DNA of 64,000 nt, taken from positions 8,746-72,745 of the forward strand of contig JAUNRX010000004.1 of NCBI GenBank assembly GCA_030539495.1, read 5' to 3'. Shown one piece after another: positions 41,987-52,390 of the stretch. The notes below the pieces were generated by a model, which did no database searches, was not told the origin of the DNA, and was given only the letters and a program-made list of their open reading frames with translations. The DNA comes from a bacterium. GTDB taxonomy: Bacteria; Bacillota; Clostridia; Lachnospirales; Lachnospiraceae. Positions within the stretch are counted from its first letter, which is position 1; the number at the start of each line of letters is the position of its first letter. The position numbers were made by a program, and so were the translations under genes.

Positions 41987-42658
41987 ATGATGAAGAACGA
42001 TATTTTAGCAAAGGTTGACCATACATTATTAACTCAAACAGCAACATTTAATGATATTAAGACAATTTGTGACGATGCAATCAAATATAGCTGCGCAAGC
42101 GTATGTATCGCACCAGGATTTATTAAAGAAGCAAAAGATTATGTTAAAGACCAGGTAAAATTATGTACAGTTATCGGATTCCCAAATGGTTATAATACGA
42201 CTGCTGTAAAAGTATTTGAAACAAAAGACGCTATCCAAAATGGTGCGGATGAAATCGATATGGTAATCAATATCGGTGATGTAAAAGCAGGTAACTATGA
42301 TAAAGTGGAAGCAGAAATTCGCACAATCAAAGAAGCATGTGGGGATAAAATCCTTAAGGTAATTATCGAAACTTGCCTTCTTACAGAAGAAGAAAAAATC
42401 AAGATGTGCGAAGTTGTTACAAATGCAAAAGCAGATTATATTAAGACTAGTACAGGATTTTCAACATCAGGCGCTACATTCGCTGACATTGAATTATTCT
42501 CCAAACATATCGGAAGCGATGTTAAGATGAAGGCAGCAGGCGGAATTTCTTCCTTTGATGATGCTGAAAAATTCTGTGAATTAGGCGCATCCCGTCTTGG
42601 AACAAGCAGATTAGTTAAAATTATGAATCAGGAGAATGTTTCTTCCGATACGTATTAA
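41987..42658 (+). CDS. deoC: Deoxyribose-phosphate aldolase
   Basis: [43 protein letters not shown]. Confidence 0.96.
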   Translation: MMKNDILAKVDHTLLTQTATFNDIKTICDDAIKYSCASVCIAPGFIKEAKDYVKDQVKLCTVIGFPNGYNTTAVKVFETKDAIQNGADEIDMVINIGDVKAGNYDKVEAEIRTIKEACGDKILKVIIETCLLTEEEKIKMCEVVTNAKADYIKTSTGFSTSGATFADIELFSKHIGSDVKMKAAGGISSFDDAEKFCELGASRLGTSRLVKIMNQENVSSDTY

Positions 42659-42671
42659 TAGAGGTGATATT

Positions 42672-43082
42672 GTGACAGTGGAACAAGTAATTCAGAAGGC
42701 AATTGATGCATTGGAATACTCTTATGTACCATATTCCAAATTTCATGTGGCAGCAGCATTAGTTGCAAAAAACGGAGATATTTATACCGGAGTTAATGTA
42801 GAAAATGCTGCCTACCCTGCAACAAACTGTGCGGAGAGAACCGCATTCTTTAAGGCAGTGAGTGAAGGCGTAAAAGAATTCGAGTATATCGTAATTGTTG
42901 GTGGAATGAATGGAAAGGTATCTAGTTACTGTTCACCATGCGGAATCTGTAGACAGGTAATGCGCGAATTTTGTGATAAAGAGACATTCCGTGTCATCAT
43001 TGCAAAATCCCCAAGCGATTATAAAGAATTTACACTAGAGGAACTATTACCATTAAGCTTTGGTCCTGAAGATTTGGTATAA
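42672..43082 (+). CDS. cdd: Cytidine deaminase
   Basis: PYSKFHVAAA, NVENAAY, CAERTA, PCGICRQ; GTG 42672 has RBS GAGGTG. Confidence 0.95.
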   Translation: MTVEQVIQKAIDALEYSYVPYSKFHVAAALVAKNGDIYTGVNVENAAYPATNCAERTAFFKAVSEGVKEFEYIVIVGGMNGKVSSYCSPCGICRQVMREFCDKETFRVIIAKSPSDYKEFTLEELLPLSFGPEDLV

Positions 43083-43099
43083 GAAAGTAGGTGGCTTAC

Positions 43100-44422
43100 A
43101 TGCGTATGTATGACCTAATTATGAAAAAACGTAACGGTGGACAGTTAACAAAAGAGGAACTTACCTTTATGGTAGAAGAGTATACTCTTGGTAACATCCC
43201 TGATTACCAGATGTCAGCCATGTTAATGGCAATTTATTTTGAAGGAATGTCAGATGAAGAAACTGCGATCTTAACAGACTGCATGGCGCATTCCGGAGAT
43301 ATGGTTGACTTAAGTGCAATCGAAGGTATTAAGGTAGATAAACATTCTACTGGCGGTGTAGGAGATAAGACAACATTAATTATAACTCCAATTGTTGCGG
43401 CATGTGGCGTAAAAGTAGCTAAAATGTCGGGCCGAGGACTCGGACACACTGGAGGTACAGTTGATAAGTTAGAAAGTATCAAAGGATTTAAGACCTCCAT
43501 TCCAGAAGAAGAGTTCTTCCGTATCGTAAATAAAGTTGGTGTAAGTGTCATTGGTCAAACAGGAAACTTAACACCGGCAGATAAAAAACTGTATGCACTT
43601 CGTGATGTAACAGCGACAGTAGAAAGTATTCCACTGATTGCGGCATCCATCATGAGTAAGAAGTTAGCAGCAGGAAGTGATTGTATCCTACTTGACGTAA
43701 AGACCGGAAGCGGTGCCTTTATGAAGACAGTAGAAGACTCCATTGCATTAGCAAAGAAGATGGTTGCCATCGGAGAACATAACAATCGAAGAACTGTTGC
43801 AATGATTACAGATATGGATAGTCCTCTTGGCAACTATATTGGAAATGCATTAGAAGTTAAGGAAGCGGTCATGACCCTAAGAGGAGAAGGCCCTGCAGAT
43901 TTAACGGAAGTTTGTATCGAACTTGCAGCCAATATGCTATACCTTGCTAAGAATGGCACATTAGAAGAATGTAAACAACAGGCAGAAGAAGCAATTCAAT
44001 CTGGAAAGGCTCTTAATAAGCTGATTGAACTTGTGGAAGCACAAGGTGGAGATATCTCCGTCATTGAAAATCCTGATAACTTCGAACAAGCAACGATTGC
44101 CCATGAAGTCGTAGCAAAAGAAGATGGATTTGTAAACCATATTAATACAGAGCAAGTTGGTATTGCTTCTATGATCCTTGGTGCTGGTCGCGAGACAAAG
44201 GAAAGCATTATTGATTATAGTGCAGGGATCGATATGAAGAAGAAATATGGGGATAAGGTTGTAAAAGGCGATGTATTAGGTATTCTTTATACAAATAAAG
44301 GAGAGTCCGTAAAAAATGCAGAACTTGTATTTGAAAAGGCATATACCATTGCAGAAGAAAAGCCAGAATGTAAACCACATATCTATGCTCGAATCGAACT
44401 TGATAAAATTGAACGATATTAA
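43100..44422 (+). CDS. pdp: Pyrimidine-nucleoside phosphorylase
   Basis: DKHSTGGVGDK, KMSGRGLGHTGGT, SIMSKKLAAG, DVKTGSGAFMK; start at 43100 or GTG 43091. Confidence 0.96.
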   Translation: MRMYDLIMKKRNGGQLTKEELTFMVEEYTLGNIPDYQMSAMLMAIYFEGMSDEETAILTDCMAHSGDMVDLSAIEGIKVDKHSTGGVGDKTTLIITPIVAACGVKVAKMSGRGLGHTGGTVDKLESIKGFKTSIPEEEFFRIVNKVGVSVIGQTGNLTPADKKLYALRDVTATVESIPLIAASIMSKKLAAGSDCILLDVKTGSGAFMKTVEDSIALAKKMVAIGEHNNRRTVAMITDMDSPLGNYIGNALEVKEAVMTLRGEGPADLTEVCIELAANMLYLAKNGTLEECKQQAEEAIQSGKALNKLIELVEAQGGDISVIENPDNFEQATIAHEVVAKEDGFVNHINTEQVGIASMILGAGRETKESIIDYSAGIDMKKKYGDKVVKGDVLGILYTNKGESVKNAELVFEKAYTIAEEKPECKPHIYARIELDKIERY

Positions 44423-44430
44423 ATAAGTAT

Positions 44431-44480
44431 TGTGCTGTAAAGATAATTCTAGTAGTTATCGTTACAGCACATTCTTTTTT
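44431..44480 (+). terminator. Intrinsic terminator of the deo operon
   Basis: GTGCTGTAA-AGATAA / TTATCG-TTACAGCAC followed by TTCTTTTTT. Confidence 0.7.
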
Positions 44481-44632
44481 CTATAGAAAATACACTTGCG
44501 TTCTAAATATGATATGGATACAATGTTGAATAGAGATTACATAATTATGGAATACTTAATATAATTATGAACACTATAATATGCAATAAAAAAGAAAGAA
44601 ATTGATTGAAACAATTAAGATGGTGAAAATAA

Positions 44633-45652
44633 ATGAAATTGTTAACAGTAGCAATTCCTTGTTATAATTCAGAGGCTTATATGTCCCATGCGATTGAGAC
44701 CCTCTTAACGGGTGGTGAAGAAGTTGAGATTATTATTGTAAATGATGGTTCCAAAGATAGAACCAAGGAAATTGCAGATGCTTATGTAGCACAATATCCA
44801 GATCGTATTAAAGCGATACATCAAGAGAATGGTGGTCATGGTGAGGCAGTCAACACAGGACTCCTTCATGCTACGGGTTTATATTATAAAGTCGTGGACA
44901 GTGATGACTGGGTAAATGAAGCAGCTCTTCAGAGAATACTGAAAGTCATTCGTTATTATAAGAAGAAAGATAAGACAGTGGACATGTTCCTAGCAAACTA
45001 CGTGTATGAACGTGTCCATGAAGGAAAGCAGCGCGTAGTGAACTATTCAAAGGCCTTTCCACAGAATAAAATATTTTCATGGGACAGTCTTGGACATTTA
45101 AGACAAGACCAGTTTATCTTGATGCATTCAGTGATTTATCGTACACAATTGTTAAAGGATTGTGGAGTAAAGCTGCCAAAGCATACCTTCTATGTGGATA
45201 ATATCTTTGTATATACCCCTCTTCCATATGTGAAGACGATGGTATATTTAAATGAAGATTTTTACCGTTACTTTATTGGACGTGAAGATCAGTCTGTCAA
45301 TGAGACTGTTATGATGGGACGTATGGACCAACAATTAAGAGTAACCAAACAGATGATTGCACAAACAAAAATCGGTTCCATAACAGATAAAAAATTAAAA
45401 CGTTATATGATTAAGTATATGACGATCATGATGACGATCTGTACTGTGTTCTTATTGAAAAAAGGACAGCCAGAAGATAAAGAACAGTTAGAAGACATCT
45501 GGGATTACATGAAACAAGAAGATATCGAGATGTATCAACTGGTAAGAAAGACGTTACTTGGCCAGGCAATGCGAGCACGCTCTAACAAGCTGGGAAGTAA
45601 GATCATCTTATTAGGATATAAAATTAGCCGAAAAGTAATCGGCTTTAGCTAG
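44633..45652 (+). CDS. Glycosyltransferase family 2
   Basis: VAIPCYNSE, VNDGSKD, ENGGHGEAVNTG, VDSDDW; sigma-A-like TTGCGT-N17-TACAAT at 44496-44524. Confidence 0.92.
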   Translation: MKLLTVAIPCYNSEAYMSHAIETLLTGGEEVEIIIVNDGSKDRTKEIADAYVAQYPDRIKAIHQENGGHGEAVNTGLLHATGLYYKVVDSDDWVNEAALQRILKVIRYYKKKDKTVDMFLANYVYERVHEGKQRVVNYSKAFPQNKIFSWDSLGHLRQDQFILMHSVIYRTQLLKDCGVKLPKHTFYVDNIFVYTPLPYVKTMVYLNEDFYRYFIGREDQSVNETVMMGRMDQQLRVTKQMIAQTKIGSITDKKLKRYMIKYMTIMMTICTVFLLKKGQPEDKEQLEDIWDYMKQEDIEMYQLVRKTLLGQAMRARSNKLGSKIILLGYKISRKVIGFS

Positions 45653-45660
45653 ACGATAGA

Positions 45661-45698
45661 GAAAAGAAGAGCCTACTAAATAGTAGGCTCTTCTTTTC
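45661..45698. terminator. Bidirectional terminator between GT2 and PAP2 genes
   Basis: Perfect 18 bp inverted repeat GAAAAGAAGAGCCTACTA / TAGTAGGCTCTTCTTTTC. Confidence 0.85.
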
Positions 45699-46341
45699 TT
45701 GCTTTTATAGATTGTCTGAGTTTTGCATAATCCACTTTATATACAAGAACGTACATTACAATACTTAAAGCGATGGAGCAAACCACATCGAAGATAGCGT
45801 GTTGCTTTAAGAATACAGTAGATAAGCTGATAAGGATTGTCAGGATTAAGGATGCCATCACAATTCCCTTATGTTTCTTTAAGCGTTCATTTTTACTGAT
45901 AGCAATATGAGCACCAATGGAGTTAAATACATGGATACTAGGACACACGTTTGTGGAAGTATCGGAAGAGTAAATATTTTTCACCATATCAATCATAAAG
46001 TTATCTCTAGTAAACGTAGCCGGTCTTAAGTTTTGACCATTTGGCCAAATGGTGTAAATCGTAAGACAAATTGTCATACCGATAAATAAGAATGCACAGC
46101 ATTTATAATAATCGGATGGAGATGTAAAAAATAAGTATGCAATTGTTATTGCAATGTATGCAAACCATAATAAATACGGAAAGATAAACCATTCACAGAA
46201 AGGAATCATACTATCTAATCCGGTTGCAACATTGGTATAATTGGTTACGATATGTTTCTCTAAGAGTAAAAACCATGGCATGTAAATAAAGAAGTAAAGC
46301 AAGATCCATGCATGTTTATATTTATTTATAAATGTTTTCAT
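45676..46341 (-). CDS. PAP2-superfamily membrane phosphoesterase/phosphotransferase
   Basis: NVCPSIH and KQHAIFD motifs, about 6 TM; likely start MKTFINK at 46341, not 46533. Confidence 0.8.
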   Translation of the reverse strand: MKTFINKYKHAWILLYFFIYMPWFLLLEKHIVTNYTNVATGLDSMIPFCEWFIFPYLLWFAYIAITIAYLFFTSPSDYYKCCAFLFIGMTICLTIYTIWPNGQNLRPATFTRDNFMIDMVKNIYSSDTSTNVCPSIHVFNSIGAHIAISKNERLKKHKGIVMASLILTILISLSTVFLKQHAIFDVVCSIALSIVMYVLVYKVDYAKLRQSIKARKEEPTI

Positions 46342-46600
46342 GTATACCAACCTTTCGTAATCTACGCTTAATATATCATACGGTATAAATCCTTGCAAGA
46401 AATATAAATAAAGTTTAAGAAAGGCTTTAGATTTGTAGGAGGTTTGTAAGAAGTAGCATACCGTAAAGAACTTGAAGTCAGTGAAATATGGAAAGCTTGT
46501 TTTTATTAAGAAAAGATGGCCTACAGTAACCAAATTTGGTTTGAAACATACATAAAATTAGGTTGAGGCGAACCTTATATTAAAAAAATTAAAAAATTAC

Positions 46601-46629
46601 TTGTATATTTAAAACTACATAGTTATAAT
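46601..46629 (+). promoter_or_regulatory. sigma-A promoter upstream of Lrp gene
   Basis: TTGTAT-N17-TATAAT. Confidence 0.65.
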
Positions 46630-46650
46630 ACTGTTATAAAAGAGAAATGC

Positions 46651-46689
46651 GACGGAGCATATGTATAGGCATATGGTCCGTCTTTTTTT
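46651..46689 (+). terminator. Terminator-like hairpin in the Lrp 5' region
   Basis: GACGGA-G-CATATG-TATAGG-CATATG-G-TCCGTC followed by TTTTTTT. Confidence 0.7.
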
Positions 46690-46781
46690 ATATGCAAACC
46701 GGCAAGGATAACCTTTTGTATATAAAAAACACCTTTAGAGTGTATGGAAAATAGAGTGATAGATAAAGGAAGGATGATAAT

Positions 46782-47222
46782 ATGGATAAGATAGATATTA
46801 AATTAATTGGATTGCTACAGGATAATGCGAGATACTCATTGAAACAATTAGCGGAACAGGTATTTTTATCTTCCCCAGCAGTATCCTCAAGAATTGAACG
46901 TTTAGAAAAAGAAGGATATATTACGGGATATCAGGCAGAAGTAGATATGCTGAAGTTAGGATATCATATTACCGCATTTATTAATTTAGAGATGACACCA
47001 AAATTAAAGACAACGTTTTACCCATTTATTGAGTCCTGTCCTAATGTTTTGGAATGTAACTGTGTTACAGGCTCTTATTCTATGCTGATCAAAGTAGCAT
47101 TTCCAAGTACGATGGAATTAGACTCCTTCATTGGACAATTACAGAAGTTCGGTAATACTTCTACTCAGATTGTGTTCTCAACTGCCGTAAAACCAAGAGG
47201 AATTCAGATTAAGGATTTATAA
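46782..47222 (+). CDS. Lrp/AsnC-family transcriptional regulator
   Basis: MDKIDIKLIGLLQDNARYSLKQLAEQVFLSSPAVSSRIERLE HTH; CVTGSYSML. Confidence 0.93.
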   Translation: MDKIDIKLIGLLQDNARYSLKQLAEQVFLSSPAVSSRIERLEKEGYITGYQAEVDMLKLGYHITAFINLEMTPKLKTTFYPFIESCPNVLECNCVTGSYSMLIKVAFPSTMELDSFIGQLQKFGNTSTQIVFSTAVKPRGIQIKDL

Positions 47223-47336
47223 GGTGCTATTTTAATTAGATTTTAATGTAGTAATGTTGACTTCTCTAATTGTAAATTATTATAATTAAGATGATTATAA
47301 ACTCGTAAATAATCACCAGAGAGAGGAGTCAACATC

Positions 47337-48248
47337 ATGCTTTTATCAATTAATAACTTACATAAGAGTTTTGGTGAGACCGAGGTGCTTCATGGAATAT
47401 CCTTTGATGTTCAAAGTGGAAAAGCACTTGGCCTTCTTGGTCGAAATGGCGCTGGTAAGACAACTACGATCCGTATTCTAATGGACGTATTTAAGGCAAA
47501 CAGCGGAACGATCACAATCGATGGGAAACCATTCGAGCCAAAACAGTTTCAAATCGGATATTTACCTGAAGAACGTGGACTATATCCAAAACGTACCGTA
47601 ATGGAGCAGATTATTTATCTTGCTGGATTGCGAGGCGTAGGGAAGAAGCGTGCAAAGGAAAATGCAGAAAAGTACTTAGCAAGATTAGGTGTGGCAGAGT
47701 ATGCTAACAAGAAGTTAGAGACCTTGTCAAAAGGAAATCAACAGAAGATCCAGCTGGCACAGACCATCGTCTGTAATCCGGAAATCATTATTCTAGATGA
47801 GCCGTTTAGTGGACTTGATCCAGTAAACTCGCAAATCTTAAAGGATGTTATTCTAGAATTGATTGCAGCAGGAAGAGTTGTTATCTTTTCTAGTCATCAA
47901 ATGGGGTATGTAGAGGAATTTTGTGATGATATTGTAATTATCAATAAAGGAAATGTTGTTATAAAAGGAAATCTAAAAGAAATCAAACAAGAATTCGGGA
48001 AAAATCAACTTGCCGTAAGTGCGGTGAACTATACTGCAGAGGAACTAGCAAGGAAATGTAGGAATGAGTTTGCAACATTAGTTACCGTAACAGAAGAGAA
48101 GAAAGAATATATCATTATTCGATTACAGGAGCGTGTGACTAAGAAGGATGTATTACAAGCATTTGTATCGAGTGATATTGATATTGCCAGATTTGGTATT
48201 TACGAACCTTCATTAACTGATATCTTTGTTCAAAAGGCAGGTGATTAA
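47337..48248 (+). CDS. ABC-2 exporter ATP-binding subunit (NatA/YhaQ-like)
   Basis: GRNGAGKTT, LSKGNQQK, ILDEPFSGLDP, FSSH. Confidence 0.92.
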   Translation: MLLSINNLHKSFGETEVLHGISFDVQSGKALGLLGRNGAGKTTTIRILMDVFKANSGTITIDGKPFEPKQFQIGYLPEERGLYPKRTVMEQIIYLAGLRGVGKKRAKENAEKYLARLGVAEYANKKLETLSKGNQQKIQLAQTIVCNPEIIILDEPFSGLDPVNSQILKDVILELIAAGRVVIFSSHQMGYVEEFCDDIVIINKGNVVIKGNLKEIKQEFGKNQLAVSAVNYTAEELARKCRNEFATLVTVTEEKKEYIIIRLQERVTKKDVLQAFVSSDIDIARFGIYEPSLTDIFVQKAGD

Positions 48249-48249
48249 C

Positions 48250-49518
48250 ATGACACAGCTAAAGACCGTAATTAAATTTGAGCTAAATTCTTATTTTAAG
48301 AATAAAGGATATATTCTTGCAACTATTATATTCTCATTGATCCTGGGCGTGGGGCTTTGCATTCCTAGATTTTTAGAAATGGGAGGCATCATTGACAACG
48401 ACGATGATAAGAAGACGGAACAGGCAGCTGGAAATCCAGATGCTGATAAAAAGGATGATAAAGAGATTGTATTACTTTATGATACCCAAGGTGTAATTAC
48501 AGATACCGCTTATATGGATAAAAAATATCCAGAGTATGAGTGGAAGAAGATATCTGATCAAAAGGCATTGGAAGACCAGGTAAATGATGAAACAGCAGTA
48601 GCTGGTGCAGTTATTACCGGACCTACCACATTTGATTACGTCGTTAAGAATTCAGCAATGTATGACGATAAAAAGGACATGATTACAGATATCTTATCTT
48701 ATAATTATCGATATAACTACATGGTAGCGAATAAGATCGATCCCGAGAAGATGGAGACAGTCATTGATACTCCGATTGTTTCAAATAATCATATCTTAGG
48801 AAAAGACAGCGTGGGAAGCTTTGGTTATACCTATGTGTTAATATTCGTTATTTACCTAATGATCATTTTGTATGGACAAATGATTGCAACAAGCGTTACA
48901 TCAGAAAAGAGTAATCGTGCCATCGAGGTATTAGTAACCAGCTCAAAACCTGAATACTTAATCTTTGGTAAGGTAATTGCAGGTGCAATTGCAAGTTTTC
49001 TTCAAATTGCAATCGTATTAGGAGTCGGCTTAGTATCTTATAATTATAATGCAAGTGCTTGGAATGGATTATTAGATACTGTATTTGAAATTCCAACGAC
49101 TGTATTAATTGTATTTATCATATTCTTAGTATCAGGTTTCTTCTTCTACAGTTTCCTATATGCGTCTCTTGGAGCATTGGTATCAAAGACAGAGGATATC
49201 AGTAAGTCGGCAGGACCTGTTATGTTTATCTTTGTAATAGGGTTTATGTTAGCTATGTTTGGATTGAATGATCCAGAAGGAATTCTTGTACGTGTTACAT
49301 CCTTTATTCCATTTACTTCTTGCTATATGATGCTGGTTCGTGCAGCAATGGGAACTATTTCAGTAGTGGAGATCATTATTTCGGCAATTATATCAATTGG
49401 CTCTTCCGTCCTAGTAGGCGTTATTGGTGCAAAGATTTACCGTCTGGGAACCCTTCACTATGGAAATCCAATTAAGTTTAGTACAGCACTAAAAAGTGTG
49501 CTTAAAGAAAAGCAATAA
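48250..49518 (+). CDS. ABC-2 exporter permease (NatB/YhaP-like)
   Basis: EKSNRAIEVLVTS, LIFGKVIA; large extracellular loop after first TM. Confidence 0.88.
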   Translation: MTQLKTVIKFELNSYFKNKGYILATIIFSLILGVGLCIPRFLEMGGIIDNDDDKKTEQAAGNPDADKKDDKEIVLLYDTQGVITDTAYMDKKYPEYEWKKISDQKALEDQVNDETAVAGAVITGPTTFDYVVKNSAMYDDKKDMITDILSYNYRYNYMVANKIDPEKMETVIDTPIVSNNHILGKDSVGSFGYTYVLIFVIYLMIILYGQMIATSVTSEKSNRAIEVLVTSSKPEYLIFGKVIAGAIASFLQIAIVLGVGLVSYNYNASAWNGLLDTVFEIPTTVLIVFIIFLVSGFFFYSFLYASLGALVSKTEDISKSAGPVMFIFVIGFMLAMFGLNDPEGILVRVTSFIPFTSCYMMLVRAAMGTISVVEIIISAIISIGSSVLVGVIGAKIYRLGTLHYGNPIKFSTALKSVLKEKQ

Positions 49519-49550
49519 AAAAAGAACTGGCGACTGCCAGTTCTTTTTTT
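49517..49550. terminator. Bidirectional terminator
   Basis: AAAAAAAGAACTGGC-GACT-GCCAGTTCTTTTTTT. Confidence 0.85.
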
Positions 49551-50433
49551 ATGCCTTTTGTTTTTCGTAAATGGATTTTGCGAATTCATAGAAGGCAAGA
49601 TAGTCCTTTAGGAACATATTATTCTTAAGTGTAACAAAATGATAGTCCTGATAGATTGCTTTTTGAAGTGGAATCTCATATAGTTCATTCGCTTCTAATT
49701 CTTTTAGTACTGCATTTTTATAAATAAATGCAATTCCCACACCGGACAATACTAATTTCTTAATTAGCGTAAGATTGTTTGTATACACGACATTACAGAA
49801 ATCATTAATTGTGAGTCCTTCCTTGGAAAGTTCTTGTGTTAGGAGTTTATAGCAGCCAGAGTCTTGATTTGCACAGATCAAGGTCTCATTAAGTATTTCG
49901 TTTAGGGTAGATGCATCTACTGGTTTGGAACTGATGGCGATATATTCTTCTGTGCTAAAGAGACGATATTCCAATTCCTGTTTATCAAATTCACCTTCGA
50001 TTAAGATGCACTCGGTAGCACCTGTCTTCAAGCTCTTTATTAAGTTCATAGAAGAATCTACCTTAAAGTCAATATTTAATTCGGGTGTTAATTTTAAGAG
50101 TTCTGTTAGTACAGGTGGCATCATATATTCACTTACAGAGAGTGAGCCACCTACCTTGAATGCTTTCGTTTTATTCTTGCTTTCTTGAATTAAAAGCTGT
50201 ACTCGTTTGGTACTGGCAGATAATCCAAGTGCCATTCGTTCAAGTATTTTTCCCTGATTTGTTAAATTAAGTTGCTTATTTTCATATTCAAATAACTTGC
50301 AGTTATAGTAACGCTCCAAATATTGAATGTGCTGCGTTACCGCAGGCTGGGTGATGCATAGAATTTGAGCTGTTTTACTGTAATTGCGTTCTTTGCATAG
50401 TGTAATAAACGTTTCGATTCGATAATCTAGCAT
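49549..50433 (-). CDS. LysR-family transcriptional regulator
   Basis: ERNYSKTAQILCITQPAVTQHIQYLE HTH; substrate-binding domain. Confidence 0.92.
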   Translation of the reverse strand: MLDYRIETFITLCKERNYSKTAQILCITQPAVTQHIQYLERYYNCKLFEYENKQLNLTNQGKILERMALGLSASTKRVQLLIQESKNKTKAFKVGGSLSVSEYMMPPVLTELLKLTPELNIDFKVDSSMNLIKSLKTGATECILIEGEFDKQELEYRLFSTEEYIAISSKPVDASTLNEILNETLICANQDSGCYKLLTQELSKEGLTINDFCNVVYTNNLTLIKKLVLSGVGIAFIYKNAVLKELEANELYEIPLQKAIYQDYHFVTLKNNMFLKDYLAFYEFAKSIYEKQKA

Positions 50434-50617
50434 AGGTTCACCTTATTGTCCTTATTAAATAAAAAAATAGTATATAAAGATAATATTATATTATATGTCG
50501 AAATTTAGCAAAATATTTAGCAAAAATATTAAAAAAAATACAATATGTTTTCAATTGAAATGCTTTACTATATGTTGTATAATTTTCCATAATAAAATTA
50601 AGGAATTGAGGCATACG

Positions 50618-51193
50618 ATGAGACTATTAGAAGATAGAATTAGAAAAGATGGCGTTGTAAAAGAAGGAAACGTATTAAAAGTAGATAGTTTTTTAAATCA
50701 TCAGATGGATATTGATTTATTTAATGAAATGGGGAAAGAATTCAAACGCCTATTCAGTGAAAAGAAAATTAATAAGATTTTGACGATAGAAGCATCAGGT
50801 ATCGGTATTGCGTGTATTGTAGCGCAGCACTTTAATGTGCCAGTAGTATTTGCGAAAAAAGCAAAAAGCATTAACCTTGATGGAGAGATGCTAACAACGA
50901 AAATTCAGTCATTTACTCATAATAAGGTATACGACGTAATTGTTTCTAAAAAATTCTTAAGTAGTGATGATCATGTCTTAATTATCGATGATTTCTTAGC
51001 AAATGGATGTGCACTGCTTGGCTTAATCGATTTAGTAGAAAGTGCAGGCGCTACCGTAGAGGGAATTGGTATTGCAATAGAAAAAGGCTTCCAGTCTGGT
51101 GGACAGATGATTCGTGAAAAAGGAATTCAATTAGAATCCTTAGCAATAGTGGAAAGCATGGATGCGAAAACAGGAAGCATAGAATTCAGATAG
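50618..51193 (+). CDS. xpt: Xanthine phosphoribosyltransferase
   Basis: [30 protein letters not shown]; real start MRLLED at 50618. Confidence 0.95.
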   Translation: MRLLEDRIRKDGVVKEGNVLKVDSFLNHQMDIDLFNEMGKEFKRLFSEKKINKILTIEASGIGIACIVAQHFNVPVVFAKKAKSINLDGEMLTTKIQSFTHNKVYDVIVSKKFLSSDDHVLIIDDFLANGCALLGLIDLVESAGATVEGIGIAIEKGFQSGGQMIREKGIQLESLAIVESMDAKTGSIEFR

Positions 51194-51270
51194 TCCCTAA
51201 GGGGAAAGTATAAACATGTCGAAAATATAGATACTAGTCTTAGAACTAAACCTATGAGAAGGAGACCACA

Positions 51271-51837
51271 ATGAAAAGACGAGTAACAGCACTACTATTA
51301 GGTAGTATGATGATTTTATTATCGGCATGCGGTAAATCAAACAACAACGACAATGAAAATAATGCAGAGAATGATACTACGGTTAATAATAATGTCGCAG
51401 TAGAGGACATTGTAAAAGATGTAGAGACTGCATATGGTGATGATTTCGTTGCTACCAACGTATTAGACCATCAGACAATTAAGGAACTGATGGGAATTGA
51501 CCCAGATTGGTGTGAGGAGCTTTATGCATCCAACTCTATGATTGGAATGCAAAAGGATACGTTTATTGCAGCAAAAGCAAAGCCAAAAGATCTTGATAAA
51601 GTAAAAAATGCAGTAACGGCTTATCGTGATGCAATGGTTGCAGATACCATGCAATATCCTATGAATATTGAGAAAATCCAGGCATCCAGAGTTGATGTGT
51701 ATGGAAATTATGTATTCTTTACACTACTTGGATTTATTCCATCCGAAGTGGAAGAGCAAGGAGAAGACAAAATTCTTGCAGCATATCAAGAGCAAAATCA
51801 AAAAGCAATCGATGTAATCGAAAGTTATTTTAAATAA
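51271..51837 (+). CDS. Lipoprotein (DUF4358-like)
   Basis: Lipobox LSAC; low-complexity Asn linker; IAAKAKP...QYPMNIEKIQASRV. Confidence 0.65.
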   Translation: MKRRVTALLLGSMMILLSACGKSNNNDNENNAENDTTVNNNVAVEDIVKDVETAYGDDFVATNVLDHQTIKELMGIDPDWCEELYASNSMIGMQKDTFIAAKAKPKDLDKVKNAVTAYRDAMVADTMQYPMNIEKIQASRVDVYGNYVFFTLLGFIPSEVEEQGEDKILAAYQEQNQKAIDVIESYFK

Positions 51838-51886
51838 ATTAGATAAAAAAAATGTAGACGCTTAAATATTGGTACAGGTTTTAAGC

Positions 51887-51915
51887 GTCTATTCTTTTTG
51901 TCCTATGCATACAAT
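51887..51915 (+). promoter_or_regulatory. sigma-E promoter of spoIIID
   Basis: GTCTATT-N14-CATACAAT (consensus -10); overlaps the upstream terminator TAGACGCTTAAA/TTTAAGCGTCTA. Confidence 0.7.
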
Positions 51916-51945
51916 GTAAAAACAAGTATCATAGGGGGATTTCTC

Positions 51946-52212
51946 TTGAAGGGATACATAGAAGAAAGAGCTGTCGACATCGCCAACTACATTATTGAAT
52001 ATAATGCAACGGTAAGACAAACGGCAAAGAAGTTTGGAATCTCCAAATCCACAGTTCATAAAGATGTCACAGAACGTCTGACCCAAATTAACCCCTCTTT
52101 AGCTGATAGGGCTAGAGTTGTATTAGACCTGAATAAATCCGAACGGCATATCCGTGGTGGGTTGGCTACGAAGGAAAAATATCTTCATAAAAACCAATAC
52201 CAGGGATATTAG
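51946..52212 (+). CDS. spoIIID: Stage III sporulation transcriptional regulator D
   Basis: YIEERAVDIANYIIEYNATVRQTAKKFGISKSTVHKDVTERL...KSERHIRGGLATKEKY; TTG start with GGGGG RBS. Confidence 0.96.
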   Translation: MKGYIEERAVDIANYIIEYNATVRQTAKKFGISKSTVHKDVTERLTQINPSLADRARVVLDLNKSERHIRGGLATKEKYLHKNQYQGY

Positions 52213-52390
52213 AACTGGAAAGGCTGGCATCATAAGTGGTGCCAGCCTTTTTAGAATGTAAGGGATACTTTATTTTGGGAAACTAGTAAGTTCATAAAAA
52301 ATCGGGTATAATAGAAAAGACAGTCCAGCGTACAGTTACGGTGGGCAAAATTTGCGTATAACGAATAAAGATCAGTGTAAAGAATAGAGG

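Noticed and set aside
46342-46533. 64-aa N-terminal extension of the PAP2 ORF
   Set aside because: Low-complexity AT-rich intergenic sequence; a plausible SD (AAAGGTTGG) precedes ATG 46341.
50434-50617. Purine riboswitch upstream of xpt, and the 41-aa N-terminal extension in the ORF track
   Set aside because: The region is extremely AT-rich with no purine aptamer core. The conserved Xpt sequence begins at ATG 50618.
50496-51223. Perfect Spo0A boxes TGTCGAA at 50496 and 51217 (also 32931)
   Set aside because: A 7-mer is expected several times by chance in 64 kb, and there is no supporting promoter context.
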